A DNA stretch of 62,392 nt, filler included, from Nitrospiraceae bacterium (GTDB lineage: Bacteria > Nitrospirota > Nitrospiria > Nitrospirales > UBA2166), in the NCBI GenBank assembly GCA_002726235.1. It is 7 parts of 7 records of this genome, joined end to end, with 100 filler letters (N's around TTAATTAATTAA, not from the genome) between each part and the next. Parts side by side here need not be neighbours in the genome. Positions count along the whole stretch, not along the records: positions 53,961 to 62,392 come from PBSN01000023.1; 6 more parts are not named here. The stretch is one strand, 5' to 3'. The translations under genes and the position numbers were made by a program. Shown here one piece after another: positions 54,828 to 62,392 of this stretch (position 1 is the stretch's first letter; each line of letters begins with the position of its first letter). The notes below the pieces were generated by a model. That model had not been told where the DNA came from. It searched no databases and worked only from the letters and a program-made list of their open reading frames with translations.

Positions 54828-55269
54828 CCGTGTGGCTCCTATCGGCGTTGGACGAAGGTTAGTCTGCCCGGACGGAGGGGCGACACATGCCACGGGCAGA
54901 CATCGTACGGGTTGGACGGGTGAGTCGACTCGCGGTACTGGACTCGTTTAGGTGCATCGACCGGAACAACCTGAAGATTGAGTTTCTCCCACTCGACCTG
55001 CGGCATCGCTGTGACACGAAAAATCGAATTGATCGTCAAAGATTCACAGTCGCCGGTCCAGTGAACTGTTACAAACGACAAGTCTTGCAACATCATATGT
55101 AACCAGAACCCCAGTTTTAGATTTTCGTTGAGATAACAAATTTTGGCGCTTGTTGAACTACGCAGTCCGAGTAGTTTGAAATTTACAGGAAAGGTTTTCC
55201 GAATAGTTAACAAAATGTTCCGGGAAGCAACGAAATTCTTCAAGTGTGACAAGAGGACGAGGCAGACAG

Positions 55270-56820
55270 ATGAGCAAGCATGTCATTTTGTTGAGTCAGG
55301 ACAACGATCTGGTGTTTCATTTGCGAGAGCAGTTACGCAACGGACACGAAATGAACTGTTCCAACACGCTGGAAGACCTGGCCAGCCAGTTGGCCACGAC
55401 CAAGGCCCAGACGGTGCTGGTGCACCTGACTGCAGAGAGTTTGGGTGAACAGACACCCAGCAATTTCGTAGCGGATCTCAAGGCCCACACGGATAAGGCT
55501 TCCATCGTGGCACTGTTTGACCAGGACTGTCCAGATAGCTTACGCAGCCAGCTGGAGGGTACTGCCAACCATTGTTTTAAGATGCCGGCGCATTGGGATG
55601 AACTTCGAGCTGTTCTCGGTGGAGATTTGGATCCGGAAGAGGAGCTGGCGGGTCTATGGGTTGGTCTACCTCACAAGGAACTGCACGGACACTCTCGTTC
55701 GCTGGTTACCTTCACCGCTGAAATGTTTGAGATGATGGACGAGGTCAAGGTAGCGGCCAAACATGACGTAACGGTGTTACTGGTGGGTGAAACCGGCAGT
55801 GGTAAGACTCACTTGGCACGATTGGTACATGAACTTTCCAACCGCCGTGAAGAACGTCTATGTACCGTTGCCTGCGGGGCGTTGCCTCCGGATCTGATTG
55901 AAAGTGAACTTTTTGGATACGTCAAAGGTGCCTTTACGGGCGCCGGCAATGACAAAGAAGGCAAGTTCGCTGCTGCGGGTAGGGGAACGTTACTGCTTGA
56001 TGAAATTGATGTGCTCTCTTTGGACCAGCAGGCGAAGCTTTTACGCGTCATCGAAACAGGCGAGTACGAACCGGTTGGGAGTAACGACACGGTAATGTCT
56101 CAGGCCCGCTTGGTCGTCGCATCCAACTATAATCTGGAAGACTTGGTCCAGGCAGGTAACTTCCGTATCGATTTGTACTACCGGCTTAATGTTCTCAGGT
56201 TCTGTCTGTTGCCCTTGAGAGAACGACCTTGGGACATTGAGTATCTGGCGAGAAAATTCGCTTTGGAACATAGCCGAACGCACGACATTCCTCTGACCGA
56301 GATTGATTCTTCTTTTTTGGATGCCTTACGGCGTTATCCGTGGCCCGGCAATATCCGCGAAATGGAGAATGTCATCCAGCGAGCAGTTCTCTATAGCCAA
56401 CGGGGTGTCCTGACTCTGCGTGATTTGCCAGCTAGCTTTCGTTCTGACAACGGCAGCAAGACGTATGTGAACGCCGGGTTTCCCCAAGTGACTCCGCTTG
56501 TAGCAAGTCGTATCATGTTGAACGAATCGGAACGGCCAGCTTGCTCAGAGTTTGTCTCGGCAAGGGACGTTGCGGGCCAAGGCATAGCGGTTACGGGGAC
56601 CCCGGACACGGCCGTTTCTGGTAGAGCTTCGTCCAGCGACGAAGATGTTGACTTCAGCCAATCTAAAACACTGGAAGCTCGGGTTGATCTGATCGAACGC
56701 CGCATCATCGAAGATACTCTTCGACGCAACAACCACCGTCGAAAAGAGACATCGGCCGAACTGGGAATTAGTCGCGTTACACTCTACAACAAGATGAAAA
56801 AATTTGGTTTGATGGGGTGA
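55270..56820 (+). CDS. Sigma54-dependent transcriptional activator (bEBP, AAA+ with Fis HTH)
   Basis: GETGSGKT, ESELFG, GAFTGA, LLDEI, WPGNIRE, LGISRVTLYNK. Confidence 0.95.
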   Translation: MSKHVILLSQDNDLVFHLREQLRNGHEMNCSNTLEDLASQLATTKAQTVLVHLTAESLGEQTPSNFVADLKAHTDKASIVALFDQDCPDSLRSQLEGTANHCFKMPAHWDELRAVLGGDLDPEEELAGLWVGLPHKELHGHSRSLVTFTAEMFEMMDEVKVAAKHDVTVLLVGETGSGKTHLARLVHELSNRREERLCTVACGALPPDLIESELFGYVKGAFTGAGNDKEGKFAAAGRGTLLLDEIDVLSLDQQAKLLRVIETGEYEPVGSNDTVMSQARLVVASNYNLEDLVQAGNFRIDLYYRLNVLRFCLLPLRERPWDIEYLARKFALEHSRTHDIPLTEIDSSFLDALRRYPWPGNIREMENVIQRAVLYSQRGVLTLRDLPASFRSDNGSKTYVNAGFPQVTPLVASRIMLNESERPACSEFVSARDVAGQGIAVTGTPDTAVSGRASSSDEDVDFSQSKTLEARVDLIERRIIEDTLRRNNHRRKETSAELGISRVTLYNKMKKFGLMG

Positions 56821-57066
56821 TCTGCTTCCCTCACGAAGTGCAGCAACGCTTGACGGAACCAGGAAAACTGCTTTCATCGGATTTCCAGTCGGCCTTGGTA
56901 TGGGACTATTGTGGAGTCAGGTGCACGTGACCCTGACAGACGGGTCCTCTAAATCCGGAGAAGCGAAACTAGGAGGAACGCGGACAATTCGCTAGTATAA
57001 GGCAGGTGTTTCGATCTCCCTGAATTTCCTGCGGGACATGTTGAACGGCCTTCCGGGCTACGAATA

Positions 57067-58308
57067 ATGTTGTCGCGTGCGCTTCGAACGACGATTCCTC
57101 TTTTCATCCTGTTGGCGGGACTGGGCGTGTATCGTCTTGCGGCAGTAGGGAATCCAACGCCACCTTTAAAGATCTCGCGTGCCCATCCTCTAGTCATCGG
57201 TCCTCGCTTCAATTTACCGACCGTGGTGACCGACGAGCAATTGTTCCATGTCCTGGACCGTTTGAAACCTCTGCAGAATCCTGTCAATACCAATCGATTG
57301 CTGCACGCGTTACGGCTCTGGGGTCCGCATGCCCAATTTGATGACTCAGAAGTGATGTCAGGTCCGGCCATGCTGCGGTATTTTTTGGACGCTGCAGAAT
57401 TCGGCCGACTGGCGGGTGTCGATACGCCGCCTTTGTATGAGACTGATACAGAGAACGGAAGTGTCGTGGTCCGCGACTGGTCGCCACGCAGCCCCCACCG
57501 GGCAACGTCGAGTTATCATTTGAATGACATTCTCGCAACCTTCGCCGAGATCGGGACTCCTTTGGACACACCGTTGGTGACGGTGGATGGAACGACGGAC
57601 ATCAATAACCTGGCGCTGACGGCAATGCGTCGATTGCATCTGGAGCAGCATGAGTACGAATGGTCTGTGATCAGCTATGCACGTTATGTTTATCCGCAGT
57701 CGGGATGGAAAAACCAGTATGGAGAAAGGGTGCTAGTGGACGAGTTGGTCAGAGAATTGATCTTTGCACCTCTCCACTACGGTGCCTGCAATGGACTCCA
57801 CCGTTTGGAGGCGATGGTCGTGTTGTGCGCAGCGGATGAGCAAGTGCCACCAGCCCGGCGGACCCTCGCCGGTCGCAGTCGCCAGAAAATGCGTGACCAT
57901 ATGGAAGGGATCATTCGTTTACTGGGCGAGGCGCAGAGCGACCAGGGGTACTGGACCAGACAATGGCCCCGGGGCAAGTTGGCTCGAGAAGACAAGTCGG
58001 CTTCCTTGGCCGACAAGATTCTGGTAACGGGACATCAGCTGGAATGGTTGGCGCTGGTACCACCGGAACTGAAGCTGCCACGTAACATGGTCGTAGACGC
58101 TGGACAGTGGCTGGTACGTGCAGTGCAGGAGGTTGACAATAAAACGCTGTTGCAGAATTACGGACCTTTCTCACATGCGGGGCGGGCATTATGTCTCTGG
58201 CGTTCCAAAGATCCTTATCAGGCCTGGCGAGACGGAATTTCGATGGCCTCTGATTCAACTTTGCAGTCAGGACAGAGTCAACCCCCGTCGGACACACCCC
58301 GGAATTAA
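57067..58308 (+). CDS. Exported/membrane-anchored hypothetical protein, helical
   Basis: 413-aa ORF with an N-terminal hydrophobic segment and motifs LHALRLWG, ACNGLH, TGHQLEWL, SHAGRAL; function unknown. Confidence 0.6.
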   Translation: MLSRALRTTIPLFILLAGLGVYRLAAVGNPTPPLKISRAHPLVIGPRFNLPTVVTDEQLFHVLDRLKPLQNPVNTNRLLHALRLWGPHAQFDDSEVMSGPAMLRYFLDAAEFGRLAGVDTPPLYETDTENGSVVVRDWSPRSPHRATSSYHLNDILATFAEIGTPLDTPLVTVDGTTDINNLALTAMRRLHLEQHEYEWSVISYARYVYPQSGWKNQYGERVLVDELVRELIFAPLHYGACNGLHRLEAMVVLCAADEQVPPARRTLAGRSRQKMRDHMEGIIRLLGEAQSDQGYWTRQWPRGKLAREDKSASLADKILVTGHQLEWLALVPPELKLPRNMVVDAGQWLVRAVQEVDNKTLLQNYGPFSHAGRALCLWRSKDPYQAWRDGISMASDSTLQSGQSQPPSDTPRN

Positions 58309-58598
58309 ATCGGATAATGAACTTTTCGAGTCAACGTTGAAGTCTTCACCTTTTCTTTAAAACCTCTGCCAACTAGATTGCTGGAGCCGTCGTTGCAGCC
58401 AACAAGTAAGCACCGGATTTTGTTTCGTTTGAGGATCTGCCCGGAAGAACGAACGAGGAATATCGAATGCAGAAATGGGTTCAATCAGTCAGAAGAGTGT
58501 CAGAAAAAATGAAAATTGGCAAAGTAAATCGTCTGCTGGCAGGTCATCGCAATTCCGATGTTTGTTTTCCCGAATAAGAAAGCCCCTTTGGAATAGAA

Positions 58599-60206
58599 AT
58601 GGATTCGCCAGATACTGATCTTTCGGCTGACTTGCGGAATGCCGTTCAGCAAGATCCACCGCGGATTCCGCACCCGATTCCTTCTTCTCCTTATTTCCCT
58701 GAGACAACCGGGGCCGCTTTGGCGGCTGTGATCACGCTCTGCCTGGTGTTTTTATTGACGAGTCTGCACCGGCTGAATCACACTGATTTATGGGGACACC
58801 TCTGTTACGGCCGTTTGATCATGAGTCAAGGACTCCCATCAAGCGACCCTTTTTCGGCTGAAACAGCGCTTCCCGCAGCAGATTTTGTGAACGTTCCCTG
58901 GCTGGCTCAAATTGCGGGTTTTTTGACTTGGAAGTGGCTGGGATACGAAGGCCTTGTCCTTGGGCATGCCAGCTTAGCAGTGTTATCAAGTGGCTTGTTG
59001 ATGTGGGCCATTCGACTTCGAGGAGTAGAACTACGTTTTGCGATTCTGGGAACGGTGTTGAGTTACATGGTAGCGCTCCCCCAAGTAGGAACCATCCGTC
59101 CCCAGTTATTCGGGACCGTTGCCTTTCCCTTGGTGCTCGCAGCTATCTCGCTCGTTCCACACCGCCGACATCCGTGCCTGTGGTTGCCGTTGCTGTTTGT
59201 TGTCTGGGCGAATTTGCACGGTTCTTTCGCGCTCGGTTTGACCGCCCTTGGCATCTGTGCGCTAGGCGACAGCTGGGATGCCTGGCGCGAAAATGGTTGG
59301 GCAGCCGTCCTGGTAGACGAGAGAACGCGTCATCGATGGCTGCTGGCAGTTGCCTGCGGGGTAGCCGCCTGTGTGAATCCTCTGGGGCCGTTTCTGCTGT
59401 GGAAAGTTGCCTATTTTGGATTCAGTCCCGCCCTGGAAAACATCACTGAATGGCAGCCACTGGTAATCAAGAGCTTGGGAGGCGCCCTGTTTTTTCTGTC
59501 AGTGTTGTTGACGGCTTGGATCCTTCGTCGCTCTCAACGAAGACTCAACACCTATGAAGTGTTATTACTTTTCCTCTTTGCCCTGCTGACCCTGTTATCG
59601 ATGAGGATGTTGGCGTGGTGGGCTCTGATTTGGCCTTGGGTAGTGATGTGTCGAGTGCCTCATCGGTTGACAAGCACGCCCGTTCCAGATCAGAGCTATC
59701 CCATGGCCAGTCGCAACACAATGCGCACGCTGTTCGCATTGGTTTGTGTGTTTGTCACATTACTCTGGTCCCCTCCCAGTCAAGCCGTCATCTCGGGCCA
59801 GCAGCGCGGTATTGGGGCGATCACTGTGGATAATACCCCGCTTTACGTGGCAGATCGCATTGCTCAGCAAGGCGACAAAGGCAATCTAATTTGTCCCTTG
59901 GATTGGGCCGATTACATTCTCTGGAAAAGTGACACATCCCTACGGCCCCTGGTCTACTCCCATGTCCACCTGGTTTCGCAGCAAGTGTGGGACGATTATC
60001 TGCAGATTCTGAGTGGGGATCCCAATTGGCTTTCTTTAGTGGATCACTACCAATTGAACTATTTGTTATTAAGTCGCGAGCGAAACCAAATGTTGAGACG
60101 TTCGGTCGAGCGCCATCCACGCGCTGAAATTATCTATCAGGACCAGCGCAGCCTGTTGGTTCGCATGACCGCTGCGGCCCCCGTTGCCACTGCGCGGAAC
60201 AAGTGA
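58599..60206 (+). CDS. Polytopic membrane protein, GT-C (ArnT/PMT-like) glycosyltransferase-like
   Basis: Many TM segments; DLWGHL..G after TM1, RPQLF, WANLHGSF, ITEWQP; soluble C-terminal domain. Confidence 0.6.
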   Translation: MDSPDTDLSADLRNAVQQDPPRIPHPIPSSPYFPETTGAALAAVITLCLVFLLTSLHRLNHTDLWGHLCYGRLIMSQGLPSSDPFSAETALPAADFVNVPWLAQIAGFLTWKWLGYEGLVLGHASLAVLSSGLLMWAIRLRGVELRFAILGTVLSYMVALPQVGTIRPQLFGTVAFPLVLAAISLVPHRRHPCLWLPLLFVVWANLHGSFALGLTALGICALGDSWDAWRENGWAAVLVDERTRHRWLLAVACGVAACVNPLGPFLLWKVAYFGFSPALENITEWQPLVIKSLGGALFFLSVLLTAWILRRSQRRLNTYEVLLLFLFALLTLLSMRMLAWWALIWPWVVMCRVPHRLTSTPVPDQSYPMASRNTMRTLFALVCVFVTLLWSPPSQAVISGQQRGIGAITVDNTPLYVADRIAQQGDKGNLICPLDWADYILWKSDTSLRPLVYSHVHLVSQQVWDDYLQILSGDPNWLSLVDHYQLNYLLLSRERNQMLRRSVERHPRAEIIYQDQRSLLVRMTAAAPVATARNK

Positions 60207-60388
60207 TCTACGATCTGCCACGCCGTTGAAATCTTGCGAGACGCTCGAAATCTTCAGGATCAGGAGCCAATTCAACTTCAACGGACCCTTGGAGTGCTCA
60301 TGAAGTTAAACACTTTGTCAAAAATCAAATAAGCGTGTTCTGAAGAATGAACAAATTTTTTTTGAGTGCTCAATTCAGAGAAAAACAA

Positions 60389-60416
60389 TTGACAGGCCCT
60401 AAAGTCTTATTATCAT
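60389..60416 (+). promoter_or_regulatory. sigma70-like promoter upstream of the pilin gene
   Basis: TTGACA-N16-TATCAT. Confidence 0.45.
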
Positions 60417-60606
60417 TTGGGGATCCGAGTTATTGGTTTAGAAAGCCAAGGCCATTTGCGCAATTGGTATGGATTGCGCGAATTAAGGGAAGCGGTACAC
60501 CGTCTCTGTGGGCCAAGAGCCGCTCGTGCACGCGGCGGATGGTCCTAGTTAGTTGGACCGCGCGACCGGGGGTTAACACGTTCTTAACGTAGTAAAGGAG
60601 TTACCT

Positions 60607-60945
60607 GTGAAGAAGACGCTGAAGAGAATCTGGACGGAGGAAGAGGGTGTTCTCACTTTCGAGTGGGTTTTATTGGTAACGTTGCTCACGGTTGGTGTCG
60701 TGGGTGGAGTTGCTGCCGCGCGTGATGCAATCATTGACGAGTTGGGTGATGTTGCTCAGGCCATGTTGGCTCTGGACCAATCATACACCGTGTTGCATCC
60801 GCTAATCATTGAAGTGCATGACACTCTCGACCAGGGTGCGAGTAATTCGACTTTCGTTGATGCTGCGGCGTTTCAAGATTGCAACCGCAACGACAGTTTC
60901 AATGGTCAGGGAAATGAGTTATTGGATTACGACGCTCCTTCGTAG
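60607..60945 (+). CDS. Flp/type IVb pilin-like protein (Planctomycete type)
   Basis: Leader ...WTEEEG|VLTFEW (G-1, E+5), hydrophobic helix, ELGDVAQA..LDQSY; AAGGAG RBS. Confidence 0.8.
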   Translation: MKKTLKRIWTEEEGVLTFEWVLLVTLLTVGVVGGVAAARDAIIDELGDVAQAMLALDQSYTVLHPLIIEVHDTLDQGASNSTFVDAAAFQDCNRNDSFNGQGNELLDYDAPS

Positions 60946-61117
60946 TTATTAAATCATCGATCATACCTACTGATACTCGAGTTCACAGTTCTTCAGTGGA
61001 CCAACCCAGGGGGCGGGTTTGATACGGGTGATGTGGCCGTGACGTCCTCCCCTAAAATTGGTCCAGGAAAAGTGAGAGAATCCAGCCGGGCCGAAGGCCC
61101 GGAAAGGATTCTTTCAG

Positions 61118-61396
61118 ATGAAGCAAAAACGTCATTCTGTGGACCAGATTGTCTCGAAGCTGCGCAAGGCCGATGTGGAATTGGGAAAGGGGAAGAAGGT
61201 TCCGGAAGTCTGTAAGGAGCTTGAAGTCACCGAGCAGACTTACTACCGCTGGCGGCAGAAGTATGGCGGGATGCAGCCTGTGATGGTGAAGCAGTTGAAG
61301 TCTCTTGAGAAAGAGAACTCACGGTTGAAGAAGTTGGTGGCCGACCAGGCCCTCGACATGGAGATCCTCAAGGAAGCCGCGAAGGGAAACTGGTAA
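61118..61396 (+). CDS. IS3 transposase OrfA
   Basis: HTH ([15 protein letters not shown]) and leucine zipper [14 protein letters not shown]. Confidence 0.95.
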   Translation: MKQKRHSVDQIVSKLRKADVELGKGKKVPEVCKELEVTEQTYYRWRQKYGGMQPVMVKQLKSLEKENSRLKKLVADQALDMEILKEAAKGNW

Positions 61397-62283
61397 GCCC
61401 CGAACGTCGACGGCGCACGATTACTGAAGTGCGGCGATGTTTGGGGCCCAAGAAGGTATCGGAGCGTCGAGCGTGTCGCGTGCTCGATCAACCACGAGGG
61501 ACGCAGCGTTATCAGCCGCGTACGCCGTCGGATGAGCCACGGTTACTTCGAGAAATGCGGCAACTGGCCAGGCAGCGGCCCCGGTTCGGGGCCGACCGGA
61601 TCCATAAGCTATTGATCGCTCGTGAGTGGCAGGTGAACCCCAAGAGAGTCCACCGACTGTGGAAGCAAGAACAGATGCAAGTACCGAGGGAACAGCACCG
61701 AAAACGTCGCTTGCCTGGATGCAGTGCAAACGGCTGTATTCGCCATCGCGCCGAGCGGATCAACCACGTCTGGTCGTATGACTTTGTTGCTGATCGTACG
61801 GAGGACGGACGGCAAGTGAAGCTGCTGGTGGTCATCGATGAGTACACACGGGAGTGCCTGGCGATCGAGGTGGGCCGCTCGTTCACGTCTCGTGAGGTGA
61901 TCGACGTATTACAGTATCTGTTCGCCGTACGTGGCACGCCGGATCACATTCGCAGTGACAACGGCCCAGAGTTCGTTGCTCGCTCGGTCCGTCGCTGGCT
62001 CGATCAGGCAGGCGTCGGGCCGCTGTTCATCGCGAAAGGCAGCCCCTGGGAGAATGGCTACGTTGAGTCATTCAACGGGAAGTTACGTGACGAGCTGCTC
62101 AACCGAGAATTGTTCCTGAGTCTAGCGGAAGCTCGGTGGGTGATCGACCGCTGGCGGATCGACTACAACCACCATCGACTACATAGCGGATTAGACTACT
62201 GTACTCCTGCCGCGTTTGCGGCCGGCTGTGTTCCTCCGGATTTCGCTACGCTCAATCCTCCAGAACACAGCCTAGTTTCTTGA
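61384..62283 (+). CDS. IS3 transposase OrfB (DDE), joined by -1 frameshift
   Basis: G_GGA_AAC at 61384-61390 leads into [29 protein letters not shown]. Confidence 0.93.
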   Translation, partial: GKLVSPERRRRTITEVRRCLGPKKVSERRACRVLDQPRGTQRYQPRTPSDEPRLLREMRQLARQRPRFGADRIHKLLIAREWQVNPKRVHRLWKQEQMQVPREQHRKRRLPGCSANGCIRHRAERINHVWSYDFVADRTEDGRQVKLLVVIDEYTRECLAIEVGRSFTSREVIDVLQYLFAVRGTPDHIRSDNGPEFVARSVRRWLDQAGVGPLFIAKGSPWENGYVESFNGKLRDELLNRELFLSLAEARWVIDRWRIDYNHHRLHSGLDYCTPAAFAAGCVPPDFATLNPPEHSLVS

Positions 62284-62392
62284 ACCCGATTCTCTCACTC
62301 GAACTGGTACAAAAGCTGGGGGGTTGACAGTTGCGCGAGTGATACTGCAGCGCCGGGTGCCAACCGCGTAGCTGAATTCGTGAAAATTCAGG

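Larger units (their letters stand above)
61040..62329 (+). mobile_element. IS3 family element (IS407-like)
   Basis: TG...CA ends with imperfect IRs (...CCAG...AGTGAGAGAATC); orfA plus orfB. Confidence 0.92.

Noticed and set aside
61035..62334. Target-site duplication of the IS3 element
   Set aside because: The flanks (GCCG versus GTTG) do not match.

Overview
This window is not one locus. It is seven unrelated contigs joined by six artificial 100-bp linkers (N-run + TTAATTAATTAA + N-run). (1) 1-19009: bacterial chromosome, Nitrospirota-like by inference, with trpS-gap-pgk-tpiA-secG-tRNA-Arg(CCT), a 1.8-kb tRNA-anchored islet carrying only nirK, HU, GH15, rhomboid and rplU-rpmA-obgE-proB-proA. 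(2) 19110-26651: a eukaryotic Ty3/Gypsy polyprotein of more than 2500 aa with large insertions. (3) 26752-28838: a small RHH gene and a tyrosine integrase abutting tRNA-Ile2(CAT) behind rpoD. (4) 28939-37296: a VIPER-like tyrosine-recombinase retrotransposon (gag, YR, RT/RH) with an unannotated -1 frameshift signal and an aberrant WIDG RT site, followed on the same strand by a second, CRE/SLACS-like RT. (5) 37397-44706: a frameshifted APE-RT LINE preceded by OTU-like and SET domains. (6) 44807-53860: a head-to-tail Ty1/Copia array sharing single 508-bp LTRs, with an in-frame UGA gag/pol junction and no tRNA-type PBS. (7) 53961-62392: a Planctomycete-like region with a sigma54 activator, a GT-C-like membrane protein, an Flp-like pilin and an IS3/IS407 element. 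The best candidates for undescribed biology are the SET+OTU LINE, the two-RT VIPER/CRE arrangement with its recoding hairpin, the integrase-deleted nirK islet whose integrase relic matches the intact integrase on contig 3, and the possibly self-primed Copia. All family assignments come from motif recognition by eye; no searches were run.
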